A stretch of DNA of 64,000 bases from the human T2T-CHM13v2.0 reference genome, Homo sapiens: the NCBI RefSeq assembly GCF_009914755.1, contig NC_060935.1. One strand, written 5' to 3'. Shown in pieces: positions 25,661 to 39,888 of the stretch (positions within the stretch are counted from its first letter, which is position 1; each line of letters starts with the position of its first letter). The notes under the pieces were generated by a model that saw nothing but the letters and a program-made list of their open reading frames with translations, made no database searches and was not told the origin of the DNA. The translations under genes and the position numbers were made by a program.

Positions 25661-25937
25661 AAGAAAATATAGGGTAGAAGAAAGAGTGTGTGAGGGTACA
25701 GAGGTCTCAGAGATATTCTTTCTTCCATTTATACATGTCACACTTACATGTGGTATATATTCAGAAGTACAAAGAGGTATACAGTTTAAAAGAAGCCCGT
25801 GTGTGCAACCCTGGCATTCCAGCCACCCAGTATATCCCTAGGAGGCAACCACAGTTAGTGGTTTTTCAGATATCCTTCCAAAGATATTCTACGCATATTC
25901 AAGCATAAATTAACTTATATGCTCATGCATATAAAAC

Positions 25938-26785
25938 ATTTTATTATGAAAACTTTCAAATATGTGGTAATGTTGAATGCATTTTACAGTAAACATCCAT
26001 ATACTCACCACTTCGATTCTACCACTAACATTTAATAGTACTTGTTTTAGCATTTATCTATCTATTTATCCACCTGTCTTGGACCATTTTGTGCTGCTGT
26101 AACAGAATACTTGAGACTGGGTAATTTATAAAGAGAAGAGGTTTATTTGGCTCTGGTTCTGCAGGTTGGAAAGTTCGGAGGCATGGCACTAGCTTCTGGA
26201 GAGGGCTTCTATGGTGCATCAGAACATGGCAGAGAAGTTCGAAAGGAAAGTGACACATGTAAAGAGACAAAATCCCAGGAGTGTCTTGGCTTTTTAACAA
26301 CCAACTCTCCGGGGAAACATTCCCTCAAGAACTAATCCAGTCTCATGAGAGTGAGAACTCACTACCAAGCCATTCGTGAGGGATCTGCCCCATGACCCAA
26401 ACACCTCCCACTAGATGCCACCTTCTAATATGACCACATTGGGGATGTAATTTCAACATGAGTTTTGGTGGGGACAAACTATATCCAAGCCATAGCACTA
26501 TTTCTTTAATCATCTCTCTTTTTTAATGCATTTCAAAGTAAATTGCAGACATTACTATACAGCCCTCTAAATACTTTGGTATGTATACCATTAATTAGAG
26601 CTCAGTATCTGTTTACATTCTCTTTTGATATAAACTTGAAATACAAAAGTTTTAAATGTCTTTCAATCCATGACCATGATATGGCTCTACATTTGTTTGT
26701 GTCTTTTAAAATTTCTCTCAAAAATGTTTTGCAACTTTTCATGCATTTTGTTAAATTTACTTGTGTGTTTTACGTTTTCTGACGC
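25938..26785 (-). mobile_element. L1ME/L1MC 3' fragments split by MSTB
   Basis: 'ttttattatgaaaactttcaaatat...atgcatttcaaagtaaattgcagacat'; similar to the element at 55727. Confidence 0.55.
26075..26497 (-). mobile_element. MSTB-like solo LTR
   Basis: 'tgtcttggaccattttgtgctgctgtaacagaatac' through 'ccaagccatagca'. Confidence 0.88.
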
Positions 26786-26786
26786 T

Positions 26787-28921
26787 ACTCATACAGCATC
26801 ATGCTTAATGGTGTAAGACTAAAAACGTTTCCACTAAAATTAGGAATAAGATACAGATGCCTGCTTTTGCCACTTCTATGTAACCTAATATTGAAAGTTC
26901 TAACCACAGCAATTAGGCAAGAAAAATAAACAAAATTCACCCAAATTGGAAAGAAAGAAGGGAAGTTATCTACATTCACAGAGAACAAAATCCTACATGT
27001 AGTCAACCTTAAATATTTGACATAGACACAAAAACAGTTAGCAAAACTGTTAGAAATAATGCATGAATTTAGGAAAGTTCAGGATGCAAACTCAACACAC
27101 AAAAATTAGTTTTATTTCTATACACAGACAATGAACAATCCAAAAAGAAAATTAAGAAAACAATTACATTTACACTAGCATCAAAAAGAATAAAATAGGA
27201 ATAAACTTAACTAAGGGGGCACCAGGGTTATACGCCAAAAACTACAAAATACTGCTGAAAGAAATTAAAGACATAAATAAATGGAAAGGTATCTCATGTT
27301 CATATATTGGAAGACTTAATATTGTTAAGCTGTCAATACTACCCAAGGAGATCCACAAATTCAAAGTAATCCCTATCAAAATTCCAACAATGTTTTTGGC
27401 ATAAGTAGATAAACTTATCCTCAAAGTCATATGTGATCTCAAGGGATCCCAAATAGCTAAAACAATATTGAGAAAGAAGAAAGTCAGAGGGCTCACACTT
27501 TCTGATATCTGTATCTACTATGTGGGCACCAAGGCCCTTGTTCCACTAAAGGTTCACTGAAAATCGCTGACATGAAACAGATTGATTAGTAGGAGAAAAG
27601 GCATACAGATTTATTTAATGTGCATACACAGGTGTCTTCAGAATGAAGACATAAAGATACAGGGGAAATTGTTCATTGTTATGCTTACATTCAACAAAGT
27701 ATGGACAGCCATGTAGAACTATGATTGGACAAAAAGTCCATGATTTAATGTGAATAGACTGAGTGGGGAAATCCAGCAAAGCCTGTCCATCTAGATTCTT
27801 TTGGCCTCTGTGAGCATGTATGTCTTCCTTCTGGGTGTGAGGGCAGAGTCCTCTCTGGAATGGGGGTCTTAAGATCTACATTCAAACAAGGCAGGTCAAA
27901 TAATTTCTTTATGGTCAATTTTTACATGGAATATGTTTAGGTTTTATGGCTGCTTTTCAGGAAAAGGGGTTCTGGTTTCTACAACCCAGCTTGAAAAAGA
28001 GGGGTTCTAGTTTCTATGGCCAGCCTTGGGGGAGGATGGGACTGAGAGGAGGGTAGGGGTAGGTCAGATAAAAATCTTTTGTTTCTGAGGCTACTGCTGA
28101 GGCCTTCATTTTGGGATAGTGTTTTTGAACTCCAACAACTACAAAGCTACAGTAATTAAAGTAGTGATACTGGCATAAGTATTGACATATAAGCAAATGG
28201 AATAAAATAGGAAGCCCAAAAATAAATCCTTGCACATATAATCAAATAGTTTTCAATGACGATGCCAAGATCATTTAATGGGGGTAAAGCAGTCTTTTCA
28301 AAAAGTGGTTCTGGGAAAACTGGGTATTGAAAATCGTGTGAAAAAATGAATTTGGACCCTTATCTTTCATGATACATAAACATTAACTCAAAATGAATTT
28401 AATACCTAAATGTAAGAGCTAAAACTGCAAAACTCTTAGATGAAAACCTAGGAGAAAGGCTTCGTGACATTAGATTTGGCAATGATTTGGTGGATGTAAC
28501 ACTAAAAGCATAGGCAACGACAAAAAATGATTACATAGGACTACACGAAAATTTATAACTTCTGTGCATCAAACGACAAAACCAACAGAGTGAAAAGGCA
28601 ACCATGGAATGGGAGAAAATGTTTGCAAATTACGTATTTGACAAATAATTAATATGTAGAATATATTTTCTAAAAGTCTTACAATTCAGCAACAAAAGCA
28701 ACTCAATTTTTTAATGGGTAGATAATTTGAGTAGACATTTCTTCAAAAGAGATATACAAATGGCCAATAAATACATGAAAAGATGTCCAGTATTGCTAGC
28801 CATTAGAAAAATGCAAATGAAAACCACTTCACATCCATTAGGATAGCTATTATCAAAAACAAACCAACCAACAAACATAAAACCAGAATAGCATGTGTTA
28901 ATAAGGATGTAGAGAAATTGG
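26787..28921 (+). mobile_element. L1MB-like ORF2 (RT to 3') fragment split by an LTR
   Basis: 'gaaagttctaaccacagcaattaggcaagaaaa', 'attggaagacttaatattgttaag' and 'cttctgtgcatcaaa' are A-rich sense L1. Confidence 0.85.
27521..28137 (-). mobile_element. LTR48/LTR49-like solo LTR (ERV1, MER4 group)
   Basis: TG...CA ends and a perfect 4-bp TSD ACTA. The L1 sequence resumes 'actacaaagctacagtaat'. Confidence 0.8.
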
Positions 28922-29197
28922 GGTTCAGAGAGCCTCCACTCCTCAGCATGAACAGTACAGTATAGGTTGAACACTAGAAGTAAAGTACAGGAATAATTTG
29001 ATTGATTGGTTACAGCTAGCTGTTTGCCTCATTTGGACATGTTCTGAACAGTTGGCTGCCTGTAACTAGCTGAAGCTGTTTGTGAATGTCTAAGACCCTG
29101 CTATCCATTACACAAAATAAACTCTGAAGTTAGGTTTCAGTTTGTTCATGTACTGAGTTAGGTTGTAGTTCATGACCTCCTGCTTACTTAGTTTAAT
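28922..29197 (-). mobile_element. MER57-family LTR fragment
   Basis: 'gattggttacagc...tttgcctcatttggacatg...aacagttggctgcc' parallels the MER57 at 9823. Confidence 0.65.
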
Positions 29198-30134
29198 GTG
29201 GTTGAGAATCTTGGGTGCTGTCTCATGTAGATAGGTACTGGTTAATTCAGGGACTGTGAAACAAGCATTTTAAAAATGATTGAATATATTTCTCACCGTT
29301 GCTGTGAGGTGACGTAGAACACATGGAAGGTTCTTGGGACAAACATACTGAAAATAGAACTCTGTATCTTTGGCTTCAGACATTACACGGATCACAGAGT
29401 GGTCAGAAATAGGATAAGCTATTTTGAATTTAAGAGATACCCTAAGTAACAGGTAAAAACAATTTTTTGACTTTTCTGAAAATCAGCCTGGTTGTTTTTC
29501 TTTTAATTCATTCTTTAAATAATTACTCAGAAATAAGATTTAAATGGCAAAAATGGATACTCATGTATCTTTCTGAAATAGATTTAATTTATATAATTTT
29601 TCTACTAAGATGTCCAAAGTACTTTATAACATTATCAAAATGTTTCATCAAATGCCATTTTGCAGAGAATAGGGACATCTTTCAGTGGGAAATAGATAAC
29701 GGAGAGGTAAAATAATGTCTACCAGATTACAAAACAAATTAGAACTGGAGACCTGAAAGGAAAAAAGAAACGTTATCACATTCTCAAATTGAACATGCTT
29801 TATGCCATTTAAGTAGTGCTGAATAGCTCTTTTTGCTGCAAATCATTCTTTATTCCTGTTTTTTATTCTACCTGAAATTCTGCCAATTAGAGATTCATTT
29901 TCAATAACAATTCAGTATGAAATAGGAAATAACTCTGGGACTCTGAGGCTATACATTGTTCACACATTTGTATGATTTAGTTGAATCATATTTCTCTCTC
30001 TTTTGCTTTAACTGAACTGAACTGTATTGAAGAAAGTGATAGAGGTTGATGAAAGGGGAGTAGAGAGGAGAGAGATAATTGGAAAAGACTAGGATATTTA
30101 TAATGATATTATCTGGCTACCCTACTCTAAGGCA

Positions 30135-30645
30135 GTGGTATGCATCCTGGTTGCATATTAAAACTGCCTAGGGAACTATTTTAATAGGAAACAAAACAAA
30201 CTCAAACAAGCAAGCAAAGATCAATGCCTGAGCTCCTCATCCCCTAAGGACAATTATATCTGAATCTTTGTCAGGGGCAGGGTGTTTAATTTTTTCTTTT
30301 GAAGGCTCACAAGGTGATTTTAATTGAACAACTGAGACTGAGAACTACTCTCTCAATCCTGATGCCCCGGTCATACCTCATACCAATTAAAGTAGAATAG
30401 CTGGAACGAGGGAGCTAGGCATCGGTATTTTTTAAAAGATCCCCAGATAATTCTAATGTGCAGGAATGTTTAGGAACCACTGCTCTTGAACTTACATCAG
30501 GATAATCTAGAAGGCTTATTAAAACACAGATTGCTAGGCTCCACCCCCAGAGTTTCTGATTCTGCTGGCAGGGTGATTTGCATTTCTAACAAGTTCCCAG
30601 GTGAAGCTGATAATACAAGTGTGGGAACCATTCCATAGGATCACT
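30135..30645. mobile_element. Three abutting MER5-family MITEs
   Basis: Three units ending 'gagaactact', 'ggaaccactgct' and 'ggatcact'; includes 'aaaacacagattgctaggctccacccccagagtttctgattc'. Confidence 0.75.
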
Positions 30646-30659
30646 TTGCAAAACTCCTT

Positions 30660-31615
<956 letters not shown>

Positions 31616-31843
31616 CGTAAAACAATAAAATTAGTAAGGCCAAGTAACTAGAAGATATTACAGAGAATCAAACACTAACTTCAAAGCTGACACCGGATGA
31701 ATCTCAAGTTGTCTATATTAAGGGAAATGTAATGTTTGAAGTCAATTCTATGAAGTAAATGGGGAACATTTTAATTATTTTGTTTGGAAAACTAGAGAAA
31801 AACTATTTTCAATTTTGATCTTTTGTGAGAAAATGGTGATAAC

Positions 31844-31955
31844 TAGGGCCTTGTTTGTGAGGTATACTGGTTTGTACATATTGTTCCAGTATAATTATTA
31901 ATAGTGTCCTCTCATTGTCAGAGTGTTCTCATTTAGACAATGAGTTGTAAGTTTT
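31844..31955 (-). mobile_element. MER94-like hAT MITE
   Basis: 'ccagtataattattaatagtgtcctctcattgtcagagtgttctcatttagacaat'. Confidence 0.55.
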
Positions 31956-32606
31956 ATTGGAAAAAAAATTTTTTCAATGATGAATTTTAGTCTGTACAAT
32001 AATTTCCAACTGAGTGAATGCAGAATGGCTTCTTCATATGTTTATGGTTTTGAAAAAATATTATGCATTTCCAAAGCCATAGCATTTCATTTGTATTACA
32101 AACTTCTTTTCCTTTCTCTTGATCTAAAAGATTTTGCCTAATGTAATGGTTCTGCTAAAATTAATCACTTTGCATGCTTATACTCACCCTGTCAAAAAAT
32201 AAGCTGATTTCTTAAGAACAATGAACAAACGACATAAATTTATGCCCAGACCCCAAAACAATAATTAATAGGCTACAGCCAATGCCCCATGCTTTTAAAT
32301 CTAAGTGTCATTTGCAGAAGTAATTCTCATCATCATTGAAAATTGACATCATGCAAGAGAACTGCAAGGAGACTAGAAGGGGTTAAGAAGCGAGATGAGA
32401 TGTCAACGCACAAAAAGAAATAAAAATCGGTGTTAAGTTTCTTCTAACTTAAACTTTCTAAGTAAAATCTCCAAGTACAACATTGGGAACATCAAAGTGT
32501 TCCCACATAGTCACCTCCCCCTCTTTTCCAACCCACTCTTGAAAAGGAAAAAGCTAAAGCCTTCAGATCAGATTGAAATAACTCAGCAAAATTTATTAGT
32601 ACTCAC

Positions 32607-32841
32607 CTAATTCTTAGGCCCTCAGGATAAACTCCTATTGACGTCAGCGGGAGCTTTCTCTTGCAGACAGTTGTGAATTCATCCCAATAGGTTTCATCTG
32701 GGTTATTTAGAGCCCTGCAATTTTAGGATGGAGCTTCAAAGACCTGACCTACCACTGCTGAGAAATTGGCATTGAGAACCTGAACCCTCAGATGCGATGA
32801 CTCCCTCCTGGTGGTGAAAGATGCTGCTTGAATTTTGTTAT
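32607..32841 (-). other. Candidate internal exon (non-coding)
   Basis: Minus strand: ctttcttactatttccccgttacag| 235 nt TAG|GTGAGT. Confidence 0.4.
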
Positions 32842-33044
32842 CTGTAACGGGGAAATAGTAAGAAAGTTTGCTTGACTCTAGAGGCTGCTCATTTGTGGCC
32901 ATTGTCCAGTTAAGATTGTGAGCACTGGCCAATAGAAATGATGTTTTTGATTAAAGTGCCAAGAGTCAATTTATGCACATACAAGCTGTGTTTGCATGTA
33001 CAGACTGATTTGAGGAGGGAGAGTGAGTTAACTTGAGACAGACA

Positions 33045-33351
<307 letters not shown>

Positions 33352-33359
33352 TAATATAT

Positions 33360-33880
33360 CAGCCCAGGATCAAGTGGTAAGGAAGAAAAGCCTGTTTAAG
33401 CTAGCTTAAGTTAAGGAGAATTTATTTTAGGCTAAAGCAACCTCACCAGCATTTAAGGATGAGAAATGAAATAAAGCCAAGCCACATGGGGACAGACACT
33501 AGGACAGAAAAATCAGTTATAAGATTATTCTTTCTGTGCTTCTAAAGCATGAGGTATCCTCCTCACCTTGCCCCCTTCTTTTTTCTCTTGTTTGGCTTCA
33601 CATGGTTCCACATTCCTCTACTTGCCCTGATATTTTCCTTTTCAATTCAATTGTCCACTATCATCTAACAAATAGTCCCTGTGCCCTCAAGGGCAACTTC
33701 TCAAGAGAAAGAATCGATTAGTTCAACCCAGTCTACCCACTGTTGCTTCTTATGTTGGCATTCAACCCAAGCTGACTCAGCTAGTGGTGAGGAGTTGCTT
33801 CCTACAGAGGGGCTGTGAATGGGGTACATTCTCAGAAAGGCAGAATAGATTGGGTGGGTTATCCCAAAATGTCCACTATA
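33360..33880. mobile_element. Highly diverged MLT1J/K-like LTR
   Basis: 'aagctagcttaagttaaggagaatttatt' and 'aagagaaagaatcgattagttcaacc'. Confidence 0.35.
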
Positions 33881-34083
33881 ATAAATTAATACAAATTATT
33901 TAAATGTGCTATACCCTGGATGGAGCCGTGTATAGATGCCCAAAGTGCTGGCCCTTCTTTCCTTGTCTTCCAGGTCAATATGAAATTTAGGAAAGTGATA
34001 ACCCACAAATGACAATTGTTATTTCAAATGACAATGTGAAAGATTCAGTTAGAGTCTTCAGTGTCCTGCAGTGCAAATATATT

Positions 34084-34125
34084 CACACACACCCACACAC
34101 ACACACACACACCCACACACACACA
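34084..34125. repeat. (CA)n microsatellite, interrupted
   Basis: Directly visible. Confidence 0.95.
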
Positions 34126-34999
34126 AATGAATGATGTTTTCAAAGTCCAAGGCTTTCTTTCCTCAAAAGGCCTCTTGCCATTCTCTTAATGAAGACTCAT
34201 GCATTTCTAACACGTTTCTGTTTAATATTCACCCTCTACATCTAAAGTGAAGAGTTGTTTTTAATATTACTTTAATAATAAAAATATAGTTTAATTTTCC
34301 TAGCAAATGCCAAGATTTTCAAAAGATGATACACTTAGGTGCTCCTGAGCCTCTCAGAATAAATTTTAGGAACCAATGGAGTAAAATCTTAATCAAGCTT
34401 TTGTTGTCCTAATTTTCTATTGTTTTGATCTCATATTTTAGCTAATTTGTTCCCTAAAGTTAGACAATTTGGTGTATTTTCTCTTAAAAGGAAAATAAGT
34501 ATTGGTTATTTGTTTCAATCCCTTCAAAGTGAGTTTTTGCAAAAGTTACATATTGCAATCTACTATTCCTGCTAGAAGATTACAAAGGGCATATCTGACC
34601 CATCTCCAGGAATAATAAACTACTTTTTATGTGACATATTTTTTGGTGTTAATATGAAGAATCTGAAAGCTTGGGGTGCTTTTATCAATATCTTAATGTA
34701 CACAATTCCCTTTTAAGTTTTTTAGATTTTTCAAGTTTTAATTATCATCATCTAGGGGTGGTAATGAAACTTATTATAGACATTTATTTATTTGCTGTTA
34801 ACCAGCTTGACTTATGCCTCAAAACTTATGATCTGGGATGAGGGAGGAAGGTGGCAAGATCTTTCAGTTACTTAATCTCTAGCCAGAAGATGGTACCTGT
34901 GGCCAAGCTCTGCTAACTCAGTTCTGGCCGTGAAAGCAGTTTGCCCTTCTAGCAGTAACTGTGGCCACTGTTTCTCCTGGCTAAGTCATAGTACACCTA

Positions 35000-35401
35000 T
35001 GCTATGGTTTGAATGTCCCCACTAAAACTCATGTTGAAATTTAATTTCCATTTTAACTGTATTAAGAGATGGGACCTTTAGGAAGTGATTAGGTCTGTCT
35101 TCATGAAAAGGTTAATACTATTATCTCAGGAGCAGGTTAGTTATGGCAGCAGTGGGTTCCTGATGAAAGGAGTGAGTTCAAGCTGATTTTTTCTCTCACA
35201 TACACATGTGTGCTTTCTCACCGTGTGATGACTTCTGCTGTGTTTTGACACAGAGGGCATCACACAGTGAGAAAGCACACAGAAGCAGCCCCTTGATCTT
35301 GGAGTTCCCAGCCTCCATAAATGTGAGCCAAATAAACTTCTGTTGCTTATAAGTTACTGTCCGTGGTATTCTGTTATAGCAGTAGGAAGTGGACTAAGAC
35401 A
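35000..35401 (+). mobile_element. MSTC-like solo LTR with an internal inverted duplication
   Basis: 'tgctatggtttgaatgtcccc...ggactaagaca', with AATAAA near the 3' end. Confidence 0.88.
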
Positions 35402-35509
35402 ACCAGTCACTTGATGAATATCTTTGGGAGATAACAGTGGAGGAGATGTCAACTGGTAAAAGTGGTTACCTTTTTGAGTTGGAAGCAGACTGTGGGTTTA
35501 TTTACTATT

Positions 35510-37255
35510 TTATTGATTCAATCATTCAACCAATTAAGCAACTATTTTTTTAACAAGTGTTTATTGAACTGCTACTATATACCAAGTACTCTGCTAGGAC
35601 TGGGAATAAAGAAGTAAACAAAAGAGATATGATCCCTGCTTAAGGTCAGTAGGGAATACAGTCACATAGATAATTTTTCTGTGAAGGGTTACAAGGATCT
35701 GTGAGAGAGTATAGGAAGATAGAATAATTGACATTGTGGATCAAAGAATGCCTTTGTATGTAGAAACAGCATTTAGGCAAAGAAATGAACGTTACGTAGG
35801 AGGTAATCAGGTAGTAAGGTTATGAGACACAGAGGAAAATTTTATATTTGGAGAACAGAAAAGTCAAAGCACCTATCCCATAGAAAACACTAGCTAAAAT
35901 GGCTCGAAATAAGACTGGGGCTGTGGACACAGGTCAAAATATCCTGGGCTCATAATCAATGTTAACCATTGGGACTTGATCCTAAGTACAATGGAAAACC
36001 ATCCATGTGTTCAGAGCCAAGGGTGAAATTATCTCATTAATTTAAAAAATAATGCTGAAATGGAATGGAAAGGGTCAGAGATCAAGAGTAAACAGACATT
36101 CAGTAAAATGACTTTAAATTAGAATGGAGGCAGTGGAAATAAGCAAAGTGGGTTGATTCAAGATATCTTGAGAAGAAATACCCAATCTAACAGCATGTTT
36201 GTTTACTTATGGGCATTCAGGTAATAAGAGTGAGCCCCATGATTTGGAATTAAGCAGTTGAGTGGATGGTAGTCCCCTTTGCTAAGATGGGGAAGATTGA
36301 AGTAAAAGGGTGCTGTGAGCTGGATTTTGTCCTCCTTTCCAAAATATTGTATGTTGAAGCCTGAACATCCAGTGTGACTGTATTTGGAGAAAGGCCTGCA
36401 AAGGGGTGATAAACATTAAATGAAGTCACAAGAGTTGGGCCCTAATCCCATAGGACCAGTGCCCTTACAAGAAGAAGACTTGAGAGGTCAGTCTCTTTCT
36501 CTTCCATGTGAGGACACAGCAAGAAGGTAACTAATTGCCTGCAAGCCAGAAAAAGAACCCTCATTGAATCCAAATTGGCTGGACCTTGGTCTTGGACTTC
36601 TGGCCTCCAGAACTGTGAGAAATAAATTTATGTTGTTGAAGCCACTGAGCCTGTAGTATTTTGTTATGGTAGCCCTAGCTGACTAAGACAGAGGGGCTTT
36701 GGAGGATGTTTAGAGTTTGAAACGTATGTGGACTAATTGATATAATGGGTCTGGAGCTCAGAGTGCAGTCTAGGTGGCAAACCAAAATCTAGATATTATT
36801 ATTTAAAAGACATTTGAAGTTACAAGTGAATGAGATCATCTAAAGCAAATATGTAGATAAAGAGCAAGAACCAGATCCTGAGGACTCCTTCCATTATAGT
36901 TTGCTACTAGAAAAGTAGCCAGCCAAGTAAATTGAGAAGGTGAGAGATTTATTATCAGGAGTTTGTGGTGTTTGGGAAGTCAAGACAAGAAAGCAGAAGA
37001 GTACTAGTCAAATATGCTGAATATTACTGAAACAATAAGAAGAAGATAAAGAAGCTTCTAGTGGATTTGGCAATATGAGAGTAGTGAGCTTTGGGAAAAC
37101 AGTGTTTGTGTAGTGGTATAGTAGAATCCATATTTGGGTCAAAGACTGAATTAAAGGTAAAGAAGGGGAGGCATCTTTTAGAGACGTGTGTGTGCGTGTG
37201 TGTGTGCATGTGTGATATTTGACGGTTGCAGGAAGCAAAGTAATAGGAAGGTAAT
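35510..37255 (-). mobile_element. Long L2 remnant split by MLT1
   Basis: 'attcaatcattcaac...tttattgaactgctactatataccaagtactctgctagg' is the L2 3' end, followed by purine-rich antisense L2 body. Confidence 0.75.
36311..36690 (+). mobile_element. MLT1A0/MLT1B solo LTR
   Basis: 'tgctgtgagctgga...gcctccagaactgtgagaaataaat...gactaagaca'; TSD aaggg/gaggg. Confidence 0.88.
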
Positions 37256-37799
37256 TGAATCTAATGTGTGCTAATGACTCCCCTGGTTCTGGCCTAGGAT
37301 GAGTCACAGTTGCTCCTTAGGCAATGAACATGCCTATATACTTAGTACTCTATAAATGATACAACAAAGTTTCTCACTACCACCTCTTATGGAAAAATTA
37401 CTTCTGAGATACTCATTTTAGGGTTAGGTTTTCCAAAAAAATGAACTTCATAGCTATGGCCAGGGTTGTCTACATTTTCATTTCTTTGAAAATGGAATCC
37501 TTTGATATGTTCTCCACAGTCCCTCCAGGAATTTGCCTGTGGCCCTGAATCCCACCTACTGTATTTGGGTTTGTTACTTACTTTCAGACTCTCAGAGCAG
37601 CCCACCTGCCTCTCTACCTCTTTGTCTCTTATCAGCTTCCAGAATTTCTGTATATGGATTTTATATCACCTTCAGGAACTTGTTTTCTGCATACTCTAAA
37701 CCTCCATGATGACAACTTGACTTCCTGAATTATGTCTCATTAGTTGGCATTTGCCCTCTTTTGGCCACCTGGCATCCATGCCATCTATGGGCTATATGT

Positions 37800-37995
37800 A
37801 TGGTGTTTAAGAGCTCAACCTCTTGGAATAAGAGATGTGGATGTGAAGACCATTCGTACTACCTAACAGCTATGAGTCCTTGGTCATATTTAGTTCTCTA
37901 AGCCCAGGATCCTTTTCCTGGAGGAAGGAGATAATATCCCTACCTTTTGGGTTGCTGAAAATACAAAATGAAATATTGTCCATGAATATTTTAAG
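37800..37995 (+). mobile_element. MIR
   Basis: 'ttaagagc...ctacctaacagctatgagtccttggtca...gataatatccctacc...gggttgctg'. Confidence 0.6.
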
Positions 37996-38399
37996 CCTGT
38001 TGAAGTCTAATTAATACAAATGATTTTTAAAACTGTTTTCCTTACTTTATTTTAGAAATTAATAACTTTAAGCAGTCTATAACACTAAACAACAGTCTGC
38101 CCTTTGATTGTTTTGTGGCTTAACTGTTTTTGTTTGTTTGTCTGTTTTTGCAAATAGGAGAAAATAATCTTTACACATAGCTCATTGGCCATTTAGTTAG
38201 TTAATCCAAGTGGCCCTTCTGGACTGAAGAAAAATCACATTCCCTAAAATACAATATAGGGAAGAGCACTGATGAAAGAATAAGTAATATGATCAAGTCC
38301 TCCCAGAAACTCAGAAACAAGTGCCACATTGTATCCTTGCCTTCTTCCCACTACTTCCACACTCACTACTTCACTCTAGTACTAAGTCAGTATGAGGAG

Positions 38400-39420
38400 A
38401 GCTCTGTCCAATAGCAACATAATGCAAGCCACATCTGTGATTTTAAATTATCTAGTAGTCACATTTTTAAATAAATCATTTTATATTCACTTTTTTATTC
38501 ACTATATTGTTTTATTTTTATCAGCTTTATTGAGACAATTGTCATATAATTTATTTAAAGTGTACAATTTAATGGTTTCTAGTATGTTTGCAGAGTTGTG
38601 CAACTATCACTGCAGTCAATTTTGGAACATTTTTATTATACCAAAAAGAAACTCTTTGCCATTTAGCAGTCATTCCCCACTTACCTCCCAATGTCTTGCC
38701 CAGCCCTAGGCAATCACTAATCTATTTTCTGTCTCTACAGATTTGCCTATTCTCCTATTCTGAATATTCTCTTTTGTGGTTCCAGGTAGTCAATGGCAGC
38801 ATGTAGCCTTTTGAATATAGCTACTTTAACTAGCACAATGCATTTGTGATTCATGAGTGTAGTGGTGAGTATCAGGAGTGCTCCTTTATTAAGAAGTATT
38901 CCACTGTATGGATACATTACAGTTACTTACTCATCTGTTGATGGACATTGGGTTATTTTCAGTTCAGATGTCATTAATAAAGTTGCTATAGATATTCTTG
39001 TACAAGTTTTAATGTAAACACAACTTTTAATTCTTCTTAGGTAAATACCTAGAGTAGGATTCGTGGCTCATAAGGAAAGTATTGTATTTAACTTCATGAG
39101 AAATTGTCAAACTATTTTCCAAAATGGCTCTACCATGTTAAAGTCTCACCAGTAGTGTATGAAGGTTCCAGTTGCTTCTCATTGTTGCCAGCATTTGGTA
39201 TGGTCAGTTTTCACTTGTTTGCCATTTTAATAGGTATGTAGGGGTATAGCCACGTTTTTAAATGTTAAAAAAAGATGAAATTATTTTTTATAATATATTT
39301 TATTTAACCCAGTGTTTCCAAAATAGTATCATTCCCACATGTACTCTTGAGATAGCACATGGTCAAAGCAAAAGGTTAGTTTCATATGGTATATATGGTA
39401 CTTAGTGTGACAGTACTGAA
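38400..39420 (+). mobile_element. MER33 (hAT-Charlie) split by an L1
   Basis: 'ctgtccaatagcaacataatgcaagccacat...tctagtag' resumes as 'taatatattttatttaaccc'. Confidence 0.75.
38473..39246 (-). mobile_element. L1MB/L1MC 3' end, 5'-truncated
   Basis: L1MB-type 3' UTR. 17-bp TSD tagtcacatttttaaat / tagccacgtttttaaat (15/17). Confidence 0.85.
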
Positions 39421-39848
39421 CTGAACTTAGGACGGTCATGTCTATATTGAATTGAGACCCGGAATCTAGTTGAATTTTTCTCTTTTCATTGAGTTTTATC
39501 AGTGTTGAGGAAACTCTATTTTGAGTAGCTGCTTTCAGCCCATAGAGTCAGTTTATAGTCCAGATAAAGGAACACATTGAATAATAGCAAGGGTCTGCCT
39601 AGCAGGTGTCTAATTCTATCATTGAGAGCAGAAATCATATTTCTGCCTTACAGTCAGGCTCAGATTCAGTGGTAAAAGTAGAGGAAAACCTCAAGGCAAT
39701 TCATATAAAGCAAAGGTCAAGAAGAACACAGTGAGGAAAGAAGACCTAGGGGTCAGTCCAGTGTTTAGACCAAAAACGAAGGGCTGAGAGAGCGTTTGGA
39801 GTGAGGGAAAGGGGGAAGCATTGCTCAAGCTTAGAAAGCAAATATGCC

Positions 39849-39851
<3 letters not shown>

Positions 39852-39887
<36 letters not shown>
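39852..39887. repeat. (GA)n microsatellite
   Basis: Directly visible. Confidence 0.95.

Positions 39888-39888
<1 letters not shown>

Noticed and set aside
33950-33975. Strong plus-strand acceptor (ccttctttccttgtcttccag|G)
   Set aside because: No matching donor or polyA signal is evident nearby. Isolated acceptors are common by chance.
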